42,672 bases of DNA from Eubacteriales bacterium (lineage in GTDB: Bacteria; Bacillota; Clostridia; Oscillospirales; CAG-272): assembly GCA_045657205.1 (NCBI GenBank), contig JAZOSS010000011.1, positions 1 to 42,672 of the forward strand. Direction: 5' to 3'. The notes beneath the pieces are model-generated. The model saw nothing but the letters and a program-made list of their open reading frames with translations, did no database searches and was not told where the DNA came from. How positions within the stretch are numbered: the first letter of the stretch is position 1; every line of letters starts with the position of its first letter. Positions 27,489 to 37,125 of this stretch are shown in pieces. The position numbers and the translations under genes were made by a program.

Positions 27489-28733
27489 ATGGTTATCGAA
27501 AATCTTGAATTTCTCAAAAAGTATGACAGCGAGATCGCAGATGCTGTTGAAAAGGAGCTTAACCGTCAGAGAGACGGTATCGAGCTTATCGCATCGGAGA
27601 ACATCGTTTCCGAACCTGTAATGGTTGCCGCTTCATCCGTTTTGACGAATAAATATGCAGAAGGATACCCCGGTAAAAGATACTACGGCGGATGCGAATG
27701 TGTCGATATTGCGGAAAATATAGCAATCGAAAGAGCTAAAAAGCTTTTCGGAGCACAGTATGCAAACGTACAGCCCCACTCGGGTGCTCAGGCAAATACA
27801 GCAGTTTATATAGCACTTCTCAAAGCAGGCGACACGGTAATGGGTATGTCACTTGCACACGGCGGACACCTTACACACGGCTCGCCCGTCAACCTCAGCG
27901 GTCTTTACTACAATTTCGTAGCGTACGGCGTTGATTCCGAAACACACAGAATTGACTACGACGCACTCGAAAAGCAGGCAAAGGAATGTAAGCCGAAGCT
28001 CATCGTAGCAGGCGCATCCGCTTATCCGAGATTTATAGATTTTGAAAGAATGGCAAATATCGCACACGAAGTCGGCGCATATCTTATGGTCGATATGGCT
28101 CACATTGCAGGACTCGTTGCAGCAGGCGTTCACCCCTCCCCGATGCCTTACGCGGATATCGTTACAACGACGACGCATAAGACGCTCAGAGGTCCCAGAG
28201 GCGGTATGATCCTTACAAACGACGAGGAGCTTGCAAAGAAGATAAACAAGGCAGTATTCCCCGGCACGCAGGGCGGTCCTTTGATGCACATAATCGCAGC
28301 TAAGGCAGTCTGCTTCGGTGAGGCACTCAAGCCCGAATTTGCGGAATACGGTAAAAAGGTAGTAAAAAATGCCGCAGTTCTTGCAGAAACACTCGTTGAA
28401 GAAGGCTTTAACCTCGTGTCAGGCGGTACGGATAACCACTTGATGCTCGTTGACCTCCGTCCGTTCAATATAACGGGTAAGGAGCTTGAAAAAAGACTCG
28501 ACACGGTTCACATCACGGTAAATAAAAACGCTATTCCCGACGATCCTCAGTCACCGTTCGTTACAAGCGGTATCAGAATAGGTACGCCTGCGGCAACGAC
28601 GAGAGGACTCGGTGAGGAAGAAATGAGAATAATAGGTAAGCTCATAAAGCTCACGGCTACCGAGTACGAAGAAAAGGCAGATTACATCAGAGAAGAAATT
28701 GCAAAGATCTGCAAAAAATATCCTCTTTATTAA
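27489..28733 (+). CDS. glyA: Serine hydroxymethyltransferase
   Basis: [31 protein letters not shown]-lysine [13 protein letters not shown]; start set at ATG 27489 after RBS AAAGGA. Confidence 0.98.
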   Translation: MVIENLEFLKKYDSEIADAVEKELNRQRDGIELIASENIVSEPVMVAASSVLTNKYAEGYPGKRYYGGCECVDIAENIAIERAKKLFGAQYANVQPHSGAQANTAVYIALLKAGDTVMGMSLAHGGHLTHGSPVNLSGLYYNFVAYGVDSETHRIDYDALEKQAKECKPKLIVAGASAYPRFIDFERMANIAHEVGAYLMVDMAHIAGLVAAGVHPSPMPYADIVTTTTHKTLRGPRGGMILTNDEELAKKINKAVFPGTQGGPLMHIIAAKAVCFGEALKPEFAEYGKKVVKNAAVLAETLVEEGFNLVSGGTDNHLMLVDLRPFNITGKELEKRLDTVHITVNKNAIPDDPQSPFVTSGIRIGTPAATTRGLGEEEMRIIGKLIKLTATEYEEKADYIREEIAKICKKYPLY

Positions 28734-28750
28734 TTGATAACCCAAAAATA

Positions 28751-28783
28751 CTCCCTTGCATACTATATGTAAGGGAGCTTTTT
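28751..28783 (+). terminator. Terminator after glyA, overlapping a possible sporulation-sigma -10 element
   Basis: CTCCCTTGCATA..TATGTAAGGGAG followed by a T-tract; contains CATACTATA (SigK/SigE-like). Confidence 0.6.
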
Positions 28784-28828
28784 ATTTTCCCGAAAACCGT
28801 ATATTAAATGCAGATCGGTGGTGAAAAA

Positions 28829-28996
28829 TTGAAAAAAAGAGTATTCAGAAAATGCGAGGAAAGGATAAAATTTTTGATCTACGGCATTATATGCTTCGGT
28901 ATCGGGGTTCTTTCAACGCTTTTTTTGCCCTCAGTGCTTATGATAACGGTGGAAGCTGTGATAGTCTGCGCTGTCGGAATTTTGTTTATCTTGTAA
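28829..28996 (+). CDS. Small two-TM membrane protein upstream of spoVM
   Basis: RBS GGTGGTG then TTG 28829; basic N-terminus and two hydrophobic segments. Confidence 0.6.
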   Translation: MKKRVFRKCEERIKFLIYGIICFGIGVLSTLFLPSVLMITVEAVIVCAVGILFIL

Positions 28997-29011
28997 GAAA
29001 GGAACGAGCTT

Positions 29012-29083
29012 ATGAAAATAGTCGTCGTAAAAAGCCCGAAATTCTTTTCGGGTATTTTAAAGAAGATATTTAAGGTAAAATAA
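29012..29083 (+). CDS. spoVM: Stage V sporulation protein M (23-aa amphipathic peptide)
   Basis: RBS AAAGGA; MKIVVVKSPKFFSGILKKIFKVK with Pro9 and the KxPKF..I pattern of SpoVM; absent from the ORF track. Confidence 0.85.
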   Translation: MKIVVVKSPKFFSGILKKIFKVK

Positions 29084-29087
29084 GGCT

Positions 29088-29110
29088 GTAGGGCGATTAT
29101 CAATCGCCCG
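29088..29110 (+). repeat. REP-like palindrome of a different sequence type
   Basis: GTA-GGGCGATT-atc-AATCGCCC-G directly after the spoVM stop. Confidence 0.55.
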
Positions 29111-29317
29111 CTTGAAAAAATTATAGCTATACGGTATGGAAAACGAAGAATATAGTAAACGGTGAATTATAAACAGAAAAACAACCAACGTTTCGGCTGG
29201 TTCTTATAAGGATGTTTAACACAACATTTGTAGGGACAGGCGTCCTCGACTGTCCGCAACAAAAGAAATTCGGCAGAGACATTGTTTTCTCTGCCGATTT
29301 GTGTTATAATGGGGTAG

Positions 29318-29857
29318 GTGATGAATATGGATGAATTGAATAAGAGAAAAACACCAAGATATCAGAGTTTTGATTATAATAGTAGCGGTGTATATTTTAT
29401 AACGATTTGCACACAAAACAGACGATGTATCCTTTCTCACATTGTAGGGACAGGCGTCCCCGACTGTCCGCAAATCGAATTGACAAAATACGGGCAAATA
29501 GCAGATAAATATATCAAGCAATTAAACGATTTCTATAATCAACTGTCTGTTGAGGAATATGTAATAATGCCTAACCATATCCATCTTTTGCTTTGGGTGA
29601 AAGAAAATAAATATGCGATTGAAAACGGACAGTCGAGGACGCCTGTCCCTACGAATATTGAAAGAGCGAATAGCACGTGTTCTCAATTTGTATCTACATT
29701 CAAGCGTTTTTGCAACAAGGAGTATGGCGAAAACATTTGGCAAGCTCGTTTCTACGATCATGTCATCCGTAATCGAAAAGACTATGAGGAACACGTAAAA
29801 TATATCTATGAAAACCCAATTCGTTGGTACTACAATGAATTGTACTCAGAGGAATAG
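29318..29857 (+). CDS. REP-associated tyrosine transposase (RAYT/TnpA-REP, IS200-like HUH Y1)
   Basis: DY...GVYFITICT, HUH motif VIMPNHIHLL, IWQARFYDHVIRN, catalytic YIYENP. Confidence 0.92.
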   Translation: MMNMDELNKRKTPRYQSFDYNSSGVYFITICTQNRRCILSHIVGTGVPDCPQIELTKYGQIADKYIKQLNDFYNQLSVEEYVIMPNHIHLLLWVKENKYAIENGQSRTPVPTNIERANSTCSQFVSTFKRFCNKEYGENIWQARFYDHVIRNRKDYEEHVKYIYENPIRWYYNELYSEE

Positions 29858-29945
29858 GGGTATGGACTTTGTCCGAAGCATTTGTAATACAAATGCGAAA
29901 CTTGCGATAACAATAAATAAGACTTCGATAAAGGAGTTCGATTGT

Positions 29946-30182
29946 ATGAAAAGAGCATTGAGAATTTTAATTTGTTATTTAGTTTCGTTCATAGCTGTGT
30001 ATTTAAGCGGCTATGGAAATCTAATGAATGATATTTCCGAGTCGTTAGCGGTTATTACCTTTTTAGGTGCAGTATTTGTGTTATCAATTATTTTTGTTTT
30101 GATTTGGGAAATGTATTTAGGTTTCAGAAATAAAATCAGCAACCTTACAAAGAGAATTGAAGAGCTTGAACAAAATAAATAA
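29946..30182 (+). CDS. Small membrane protein (two TM plus C-terminal coiled coil)
   Basis: RBS AAGGAG, ATG 29946, 78 aa, visibly AT-richer than the flanking housekeeping genes. Confidence 0.65.
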   Translation: MKRALRILICYLVSFIAVYLSGYGNLMNDISESLAVITFLGAVFVLSIIFVLIWEMYLGFRNKISNLTKRIEELEQNK

Positions 30183-30210
30183 TTTCCAATTTATAAAAGA
30201 AAATAAAAAT

Positions 30211-30244
30211 AACCCCGACTGACTTTTGAAAATCAGTCGGGGTT
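30211..30244. terminator. Intrinsic terminator
   Basis: AACCCCGACTGA..TCAGTCGGGGTT 12-bp stem with flanking A- and T-rich tracts. Confidence 0.8.
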
Positions 30245-30378
30245 TACTATTTGTTTTCTGCGGAGCAATTTTTGAATTAACGGACAGTCGAGGACGCCTG
30301 TCCCTACAAGAAATTCCTAACTTCCTTATGAGAAGCAGCCCTTCCGTCGGTTGTTTTTCATTATTCAAATGATAAAAT

Positions 30379-33300
30379 TTACTTCAAAGGACGTGTATAG
30401 TGTCCGTGCTGGTGGATAAGTATTTCCTTGATATAATCGGAATTCTTTATAGCATCACGTACATCCTTGAATCTTTCGTTTGCATCGTAAAGCGCCTGAT
30501 TGCAAGGATAGAACATAATGGGTGCTCGGATCAAATTGTACGTTGAAAGCGGGAAGTCCTCAACACCGTGGTGCGATGCCTGGCAGATATCACTCTTGAG
30601 GTAATTTCCGTAATACTGTTCGAGCTTTCTTGCAGCACCGCTTCCCGAGTCACCGAGGATAAGAGCTTTCTTTGTGCCCGTGTAGAAACGGGAAATAACG
30701 CTCATTTCATTCTGGTCGCCGGGTGTGTATTCGATAAGCATATCGTCGGGTGCAAAAAGTATTTCCATACTAACGCCGCCGAACTTGAAGTCCATACCCG
30801 TGTGAACCGTAAGAACCTTTGTACCGTGGAACTTGTTTATGGAGTCGTATATTTCACCCCAGGTAAACAAGCCGCCCCATCCGCCTTTTCTTGATTCGGG
30901 AGTTTCTGAACAGTACATAAAGTAATCAAGTCTTACACGGGATGCGTACTTATCGGCAAACGATACGAAGCATTCGTAATGGTCGTTATGACAGTGTGTA
31001 AGGAGCCATGCACGGATAACGATATCTTCCTTATCTCCGCCGTTAAGCTCAACGAGCTTGTTGTAGAGTCTGTCGTGCTGATCGGAATAACCTCCGTCAA
31101 CGATGATGAACGAGCCGTCGGTAAGCTCTACGATATACGTCATACCGTTAAGATACGTCGAAGATACCTGTGTTATCGTCGGAGTTGTATTGTAGTTTTC
31201 AAAATACATATTCTTTGCAGGAAGTGCATCAGCATCGCCTATTGCTTCAACAATGCGGAGTCTTCCCGTGTCGTCGTGCCAGTACATATGGTAGAAGTCC
31301 TCACCCTTAACGAACGTCGTTGAGTGGAGATTGCCTTTTACCGTGTCGCTGTATATCTCACAGCCGTTGAAGATAAATCCTGCGTGTATCGCTTCATACG
31401 TTTCAAGCAGTACGTCGTTATAAGTAAGAAGCGTATGACGTTTTGCGTATGAAGGATAAAGAGGTGTTGTGAACGAATCGTCTGCTGTAAGCTCTTTATA
31501 CCAGATTCCGTATTCCTCGCCCATATTCTGCTTAATAAGCTCAAGGTCTGTATTGTCTATCACACCGTCGCGGTTTACGTCGGAATCTGTAAGATATGCG
31601 TGGATCAAGGGTTTGTTCATATGCTTTGTTATCTGAAGGATGTCTTTTGCGTTTACGATACCGTCATTGTTTACGTCACAGTCGGTCGTTTTATAAGGAC
31701 GGCTCAATATTGTTACACCGTAATACTGAGCGGGAACCGCTAAATAAGTGTAAAGGTCTGCCTGTGTTCCTTCAACGAGTGCGCTGTCCTGAACACCGAG
31801 AGCAAGAGTACCGGAGGCGTGAACGGGGGATACTACGTACTGACCGGGCAGTCTTTCAAAGAAGAACCAGTTCTGTGCTATCGAACCTGTTGGTTTGAAA
31901 GCATTTACGAGAGTGCCTTTATCAATAGATCCGTCGCTTGCGTTCATTAAGGAGCCGGAGAGCACGTTTGTAAGTGTGTACGAGCCGTCATCATTTCGTA
32001 CGAACATCCATTTCTGTGCATCGGCTTTGTCGTTTCTGTCTCTCGATTTAACCATATGCGTTGTACTGCCTGCACTTATCGGATCATCTGTAACACCGAT
32101 ATTTACGTTTGCCGTCGTGCTGTTGATCGTAGCAGTAAACGCATCGCCGAAGTCTTTCGGAGGTGCCGTGACGTACTTTTTAGCAGTCGAACCCGTATTT
32201 ATGTAGTGTACAATAGCGTCGTAATTGGTATTTACTGCCGCCTTTACGTCTTCGTTGTTTTCAATATAGTACGATACGTCGAACACAGGGCTTCCCTGAT
32301 AGCCTCTGTGAAGACCTATGCTCAAAAAGTGCTCGTAAAGGTCGTTTCCGCTATTTTCGCGTACGTTTTTCTCTTCATAATACTTGTTTTTGTAGAATTG
32401 TTCATCGTATATCGTGCTCTTGTAAGCAGGATCGAAATAGAATGAAAGAGTTACTCTCTGAGGTACTGTTTTGTTGTATTCATAGAGAGCTATATTTTTG
32501 CCTGCGGAGGTGTAACCGCCTGAGATCTCAATTACTTTACCGCTCGAATGTGCGGGGGATATGGAATATTCACCCGGTATTCTTTCGTAGATATACATAT
32601 ATCTGTGAAGATCGTCAACGCCTGTGTTCGTATACGTTGCAATGTTCGTGCCATTTGCAATAGCAGCGCCCGAAACGTCAAGCGCGGCGTTGGGATACGC
32701 CTTGTTTGTCATCATATACGCACCCGTTTCAGGGTCGTACTTAAAGCACCATACCTGCTTTGTATCCGTAAACGACTGATTTACAGTTTCAACGTTCCAT
32801 GCGTTGTTTGCTTCGTTCGTTGCAGTCGATGCAAGACCGAGGTTCGTTGTTCTTTCGATAAAGTTTACCGTTGCCTCAAAGGAGTCAGCGATATATGCAG
32901 GGGGAGCTGTTTTAAGACCGGTTGTATTTCTGCCCGTGTTGTAATAGTGCATAAGGGCTGCTGTAAGGTGGTTACCCGTGGAGGATTTTACCGAGGGGTT
33001 GTTGTCAAGATAATATCTTGCGCTGAATACAGGGCTTGCCTGCTTGCCTTCCATAAGACCGAACTTGCCGAAATGCTCATAAAGAGCTTCTTCGGTTGCA
33101 CCGACCTTGGAAGCAACCTCGGGGTATTTTACTCCGTAGTATTCCCAGTCGAAAACGATATTCTTTATCGCATCGGGAACGAGGACCTGAATGTTGAAAA
33201 ACTGTGCGTCGGTGTGGTTGTAATAATATGTCTGTGCGTTCGTTCCTTCAGATGTCGAACCGCCGATATCAAGCACTACGAAGTGCGAAGCGTGAACGGG

Positions 33301-34020
33301 GGCGATGACGTACTGACCGGGAAGTCTTTCAAGCAAACGCCACTGCTGAGCTTCCGAGCCGTTTGACTTGTACGTACTTACGTTCGTACCGCTTCCTTTC
33401 AATCCGCCGTTTACGTCAAGAACGCTTCCGGTATATTTGTTTGTGATCGTGTATGAGCCGTTTGCGTTGAATTTAAACGTCCAGATTTGCTTTGTGTCGG
33501 TGATGTCAGCCGCCAAAGCCTGTACGTTATATTTTCCGTTGCCGTTATTATCCATAGGGCTTGAGGCAACGCCTACGTTGAATGCGCCGTTTGACGTGTC
33601 GGAAGCACGTGAAATTACGGCATCAAACGTACCTGCAAAATATTTGTGCTGTATAGGCTGATATGCTGTCGAGGGAGTCTTTGTGCTGCAGTAATGCAAA
33701 AGAGCAGCTCTGTAATCCGTACCGAACTGAGTCTGAAGATCGGTACTGTAATAAAGATAATCCTTTACCGCAAAGGTCGGACTTCCTTTCTTACCTTCGT
33801 CAACACCGTATTCCTGGAAGTGAGCATAAAGCTCATCATCTGTTGAGCCGTACTCTTTGGCAACTTCGGGATACTTGTATGCATAATATTCCGCATCAAA
33901 TACGAAATCTTTGTAATCTGCCGGTATCCAGTCTGCTGAGTTTGCCGTAAACGGCAAGATCGAAATTATCATCACCGCCGAAATTATAAGTGACGCGGTG
34001 CGTTTTAATGATGTCTTCAT
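30379..34020 (-). CDS. Secreted multidomain protein: 3x(Tyr-rich repeat + ricin-B-like lectin), dockerin, ComEC/Pce-like metallo-beta-lactamase-fold hydrolase
   Basis: Signal peptide; three FD..YY..KY...LY.HF...G...G..SP.F units each followed by QxW ricin-type repeats; DVNNDGIVNAKD/DVNRDGVIDNTD dockerin loops; IVDGG, THCHNDH, ILGD, SHHG. Confidence 0.8.
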   Translation of the reverse strand: MKTSLKRTASLIISAVMIISILPFTANSADWIPADYKDFVFDAEYYAYKYPEVAKEYGSTDDELYAHFQEYGVDEGKKGSPTFAVKDYLYYSTDLQTQFGTDYRAALLHYCSTKTPSTAYQPIQHKYFAGTFDAVISRASDTSNGAFNVGVASSPMDNNGNGKYNVQALAADITDTKQIWTFKFNANGSYTITNKYTGSVLDVNGGLKGSGTNVSTYKSNGSEAQQWRLLERLPGQYVIAPVHASHFVVLDIGGSTSEGTNAQTYYYNHTDAQFFNIQVLVPDAIKNIVFDWEYYGVKYPEVASKVGATEEALYEHFGKFGLMEGKQASPVFSARYYLDNNPSVKSSTGNHLTAALMHYYNTGRNTTGLKTAPPAYIADSFEATVNFIERTTNLGLASTATNEANNAWNVETVNQSFTDTKQVWCFKYDPETGAYMMTNKAYPNAALDVSGAAIANGTNIATYTNTGVDDLHRYMYIYERIPGEYSISPAHSSGKVIEISGGYTSAGKNIALYEYNKTVPQRVTLSFYFDPAYKSTIYDEQFYKNKYYEEKNVRENSGNDLYEHFLSIGLHRGYQGSPVFDVSYYIENNEDVKAAVNTNYDAIVHYINTGSTAKKYVTAPPKDFGDAFTATINSTTANVNIGVTDDPISAGSTTHMVKSRDRNDKADAQKWMFVRNDDGSYTLTNVLSGSLMNASDGSIDKGTLVNAFKPTGSIAQNWFFFERLPGQYVVSPVHASGTLALGVQDSALVEGTQADLYTYLAVPAQYYGVTILSRPYKTTDCDVNNDGIVNAKDILQITKHMNKPLIHAYLTDSDVNRDGVIDNTDLELIKQNMGEEYGIWYKELTADDSFTTPLYPSYAKRHTLLTYNDVLLETYEAIHAGFIFNGCEIYSDTVKGNLHSTTFVKGEDFYHMYWHDDTGRLRIVEAIGDADALPAKNMYFENYNTTPTITQVSSTYLNGMTYIVELTDGSFIIVDGGYSDQHDRLYNKLVELNGGDKEDIVIRAWLLTHCHNDHYECFVSFADKYASRVRLDYFMYCSETPESRKGGWGGLFTWGEIYDSINKFHGTKVLTVHTGMDFKFGGVSMEILFAPDDMLIEYTPGDQNEMSVISRFYTGTKKALILGDSGSGAARKLEQYYGNYLKSDICQASHHGVEDFPLSTYNLIRAPIMFYPCNQALYDANERFKDVRDAIKNSDYIKEILIHQHGHYTRPLK

Positions 34021-34054
34021 ATAGTCACAATCCTCCTATTATATTTTATATTTA

Positions 34055-34083
34055 ATTCTATCATATTTTATAAGATTAATCAA
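34055..34083 (-). promoter_or_regulatory. SigA-type promoter of the 1213-aa gene
   Basis: Minus strand TTGATT-17 bp-TAGAAT with TG extension; RBS AGGAGG downstream. Confidence 0.6.
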
Positions 34084-34273
34084 GAAATTTCAGACAAAAA
34101 AATAAATTTTGTATATCTGCACTATATAAATGTTGTTGATTTATATAAATTGCACAAAATACACGTGCTATTGTATGATACTATTGGCTCTTTTGAATAA
34201 AAATTGAGCTTAAAAAATTGCGGCGGATGTATAAAAAACGGTAATCAAATTCTATATTTCCGTAAGGAAATAT

Positions 34274-34401
34274 GCGCCCTATGTCCGCAGGCAGCACGCT
34301 TGTAGTTCGCTTCACGAACTACTGCGTGCTGTGGGGGATGCGGACGGGCGCTTTTAATGTAAAGCAAAAAAGAACGCAGGGCGGTGGCTTGCTGCCGCCG
34401 T
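34274..34401 (+). repeat. GC-rich structured repeat, copy 2, followed by a REP variant
   Basis: GCGCCC-tat-GTCCGCA-g-GCAGC[hairpin]GCTGT-ggggga-TGCGGAC-GGGCGC (34274-34351); GCAGGGCGGTGGCTTGCTGCCGCCG at 34376-34400. Confidence 0.75.
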
Positions 34402-34434
34402 TGTGGGAGCCATATATAAGATGTAGTAAAAGCG

Positions 34435-34465
34435 AACCCTGCCCATTAAACAAACGGGCAGGGTT
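34435..34465 (-). terminator. Terminator of the ABC-CHAP-ytvI operon
   Basis: AACCCTGCCC..GGGCAGGGTT 10-bp stem just past the ytvI stop. Confidence 0.65.
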
Positions 34466-34472
34466 TTACATA

Positions 34473-35579
34473 TTATTCTTTTGGAACGGGTTTGAAAAGG
34501 TGTATCTTTCCTCTGTCGTTCAAGTCCTTTAAAAGTGCAAGTGTTATCGGGAACAGGAAAAGACCTACGACACCGAAGGAAGCCGTACCGACGATCATCG
34601 CCATAAGCGTTACTATCGGGTGCAGTCCCACCTGCGTTCCGACGATCTTAGGCTCGATTATGTTTCTTACCACCGTTACGATAAGGAAGATGGATATAAG
34701 CATAATTCCCGTGAGAATATCACCTAAAAGTATGCGTATTATTCCCCACGGCACGAGGATCGAGCCCGTTCCGACGATAGGCAAAAGATCAAACAAAGCA
34801 ATAACGAGTGCCGTGACAAGCGTTTGAGTGACAGATGAAAACATCTCGGGATTTATAAGTCCCGCTGTGAGCAAAAGTATACTCAGCTCCATAAACGTTA
34901 TTGTCAGTATCAGCACGTATGAACGCACGTATTTGAACAGTATCTCCTTTGCGTAATCCCTTATTTCTATTATCGTATGACGTGTTTTTTCGGGAACCTG
35001 GTAAAGGCAGAATCGGCATATCCCCGTATAATCTCCGCTGATGAAAAACAGCGATATAACGGATATCAGAACGGATATCAGAAATCCCGGCACGGTTGAA
35101 AGTATATTCGTCGTAAAGCTGAATATTGAATTTATTGAGGGTATAAAGCTTGAAAACTGCGGTGTGAGCTTACTGTAATCAAGAGCAAAATCACCGTCAA
35201 AATTCTTCATAAAAGCTTCGACGTGATGCAAAAGATTTATAAATGCAGGCTGTATCGTATCGCTATAATAAGACGGTGCCAATTCAAGCAGTTTCCTTAC
35301 CAGAACGAATATTTCTATCGTCAGAAGCGATATAAACACGCCGACCGTACACAAAAACAGTATAACGACAGCAGCTGACGCCTTTTTTTGTTTGAGCTTC
35401 GTTTTCTTTTTCAGAAATCTTACCAAAGGCTGAAGAAGTGACGATATAACGAAAGCGATGAAAAATGGCAGAAGCACCGACAGAGCGTACTTCAAAATTG
35501 CGTAAATAATTACGGCAACGACAGCGAAAAACGCTGTATTTATGATAAATCGTTTTCTTTTTTCAACCTTTTCTTCCAT
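34473..35579 (-). CDS. ytvI: AI-2E family transporter, sporulation membrane protein YtvI-like
   Basis: LLPFFIAF..S.LLQP, DLLPIVGTG.ILVPW, VRNIIEPKIVG.QVGLHP; probable start ATG 35579. Confidence 0.85.
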   Translation of the reverse strand: MEEKVEKRKRFIINTAFFAVVAVIIYAILKYALSVLLPFFIAFVISSLLQPLVRFLKKKTKLKQKKASAAVVILFLCTVGVFISLLTIEIFVLVRKLLELAPSYYSDTIQPAFINLLHHVEAFMKNFDGDFALDYSKLTPQFSSFIPSINSIFSFTTNILSTVPGFLISVLISVISLFFISGDYTGICRFCLYQVPEKTRHTIIEIRDYAKEILFKYVRSYVLILTITFMELSILLLTAGLINPEMFSSVTQTLVTALVIALFDLLPIVGTGSILVPWGIIRILLGDILTGIMLISIFLIVTVVRNIIEPKIVGTQVGLHPIVTLMAMIVGTASFGVVGLFLFPITLALLKDLNDRGKIHLFKPVPKE

Positions 35580-35587
35580 TTTCATCC

Positions 35588-37093
35588 TCACAAAACGGTA
35601 TTTTCTTTTTTATCAGCCTCTGCTTTTTTTCCCTTTACGGGAGCTTTGAGTGCGATGACGACAGCACCTGCACCGAGAACGGTTACGGCGATAAGCACGT
35701 AAACAAGCGGTGAGGTTTTCTTTTCGTCTTTTTCATCTTCAAGCGTCCATACCGCCTGATATATGGCATCACCGTTTACCGTGCTTGAAATTTCTTTATC
35801 CCAGGAAAGCGTGTATGCTTTTCCGTTATCGTCCGTCTTCGATATTTCGGGTATTTCTACCGTTTCACCGCTTAAATACTCTTTTTCGGAGATTATTGTA
35901 TCTCCGTCTTTGAAAATTACCGTGTAAATATCGGCAGTCTTTTCAAACACAGCGTAGAAGGTCGTATCAAGATCGTATATGTATCTGTCTGACGGAGAGT
36001 ATAACGCATCACCGCCGTCTCTTACTGCCCAGCCGACGAAATTGTAGCCTTTCTTTTCGGGCACGGTCTTCGGTATGGAATATGCCGAGCCGAAATGCTT
36101 TTCGCCGTCTTCTATAACGGTATCACAGCCTGTTTCAAACGATATTTTGTGAAGTGCGTTTTCCGTCTTCATTACGTTTGAAAGTGCGATAAATCCCTCT
36201 TGTCCTTCATAGTCACACACACCGTACGTTCCGATGATGCTTTTTATTTCAATCGTTGTGCCTGCTGAAAGTCTTGCCAGAGTTTCATTTGACGTCGTGC
36301 TTTTAAGTATTCTTGCACGGCTGGTTATTACCGTATATTCGCCGGGTGTCATCGGGGTTATGTCGAACAGCTCGAAATCGTAATCCGTACCTTCCTTGAC
36401 GGCGTAATCTGGTACGCCGTATCCGACTATGTACGTATCGTTCAGGCTGTAATTCTTACGTGCAACGACACCGCCGTTTGTGGGATCGCCCTGCGAGTCT
36501 ATACCCGATGTGTTTCCCTCTATCGTATAAACGACTCCGTCCTTTGAGCCTACGACGATGCCTATATGGTTTGAACGTGCATTCGTTCTTGAGCCTTTGT
36601 AATATATGATATCGCCCGTGGTCGGAACGTAGCCCGTTTCCCTTGCGTGAAACTGTCCTTTTCCTTCAAAGAAGTTGAGCCATTCGGCACAGCTTATGTA
36701 CTGTCCTGTAAGTGACGTATCGACGTTTGCCGCACGGAGCACCCAGTTTACGAACGACGCACACCACATATATCCGTAGCTTGTGCCGTTACCCTCGCCG
36801 TTGTCAACCTTTCCGAAAAGGACGTTGTATTCAACGAAGTTGCGTCCGCCGTCGGATCCGCCGTGCATATCGTCATCGCTGTCGCCCTCGTGATAACCGA
36901 GCTGTGTTATTGCGACGTTTACGACGTCGTAACGGTTGTCACCCGTCAGGGAAAGATCCGTCACGGTCTTATAAAATATACTTTCTTTATATGCTTCCGA
37001 CGGCTCGTAATACGTCATGGGAGCTGCATATACAAGCTGTGAAAACGATGAAAGCAACACCGTAATAAGCAAAATAACCGATATTTTTTTCAT
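35588..37093 (-). CDS. Membrane-anchored CHAP-domain peptidoglycan hydrolase with SH3b-like and InlB-B/Flg_new repeats
   Basis: Signal peptide, WCASFVNW, GDII, HIGIV, TIEGNT; P.KKGYNFVGW repeat; C-terminal TM and basic tail. Confidence 0.85.
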   Translation of the reverse strand: MKKISVILLITVLLSSFSQLVYAAPMTYYEPSEAYKESIFYKTVTDLSLTGDNRYDVVNVAITQLGYHEGDSDDDMHGGSDGGRNFVEYNVLFGKVDNGEGNGTSYGYMWCASFVNWVLRAANVDTSLTGQYISCAEWLNFFEGKGQFHARETGYVPTTGDIIYYKGSRTNARSNHIGIVVGSKDGVVYTIEGNTSGIDSQGDPTNGGVVARKNYSLNDTYIVGYGVPDYAVKEGTDYDFELFDITPMTPGEYTVITSRARILKSTTSNETLARLSAGTTIEIKSIIGTYGVCDYEGQEGFIALSNVMKTENALHKISFETGCDTVIEDGEKHFGSAYSIPKTVPEKKGYNFVGWAVRDGGDALYSPSDRYIYDLDTTFYAVFEKTADIYTVIFKDGDTIISEKEYLSGETVEIPEISKTDDNGKAYTLSWDKEISSTVNGDAIYQAVWTLEDEKDEKKTSPLVYVLIAVTVLGAGAVVIALKAPVKGKKAEADKKENTVL

Positions 37094-37125
37094 TTTTTAA
37101 TTCCTTTATTAATTACAGTAAATTA

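Larger units (their letters stand above)
29230..30307. mobile_element. RAYT unit bounded by inverted 27-nt REPs, with a passenger gene
   Basis: GTAGGGACAGGCGTCC(T/C)CGACTGTCCG at 29230-29256(+), 29444-29470(+), 29626-29652(-) and 30281-30307(-). Confidence 0.8.

Noticed and set aside
29318-29857. Classical IS200/IS605 element with tnpB
   Set aside because: No tnpB is present; the motifs and multiple GTAG-type REPs fit a RAYT.
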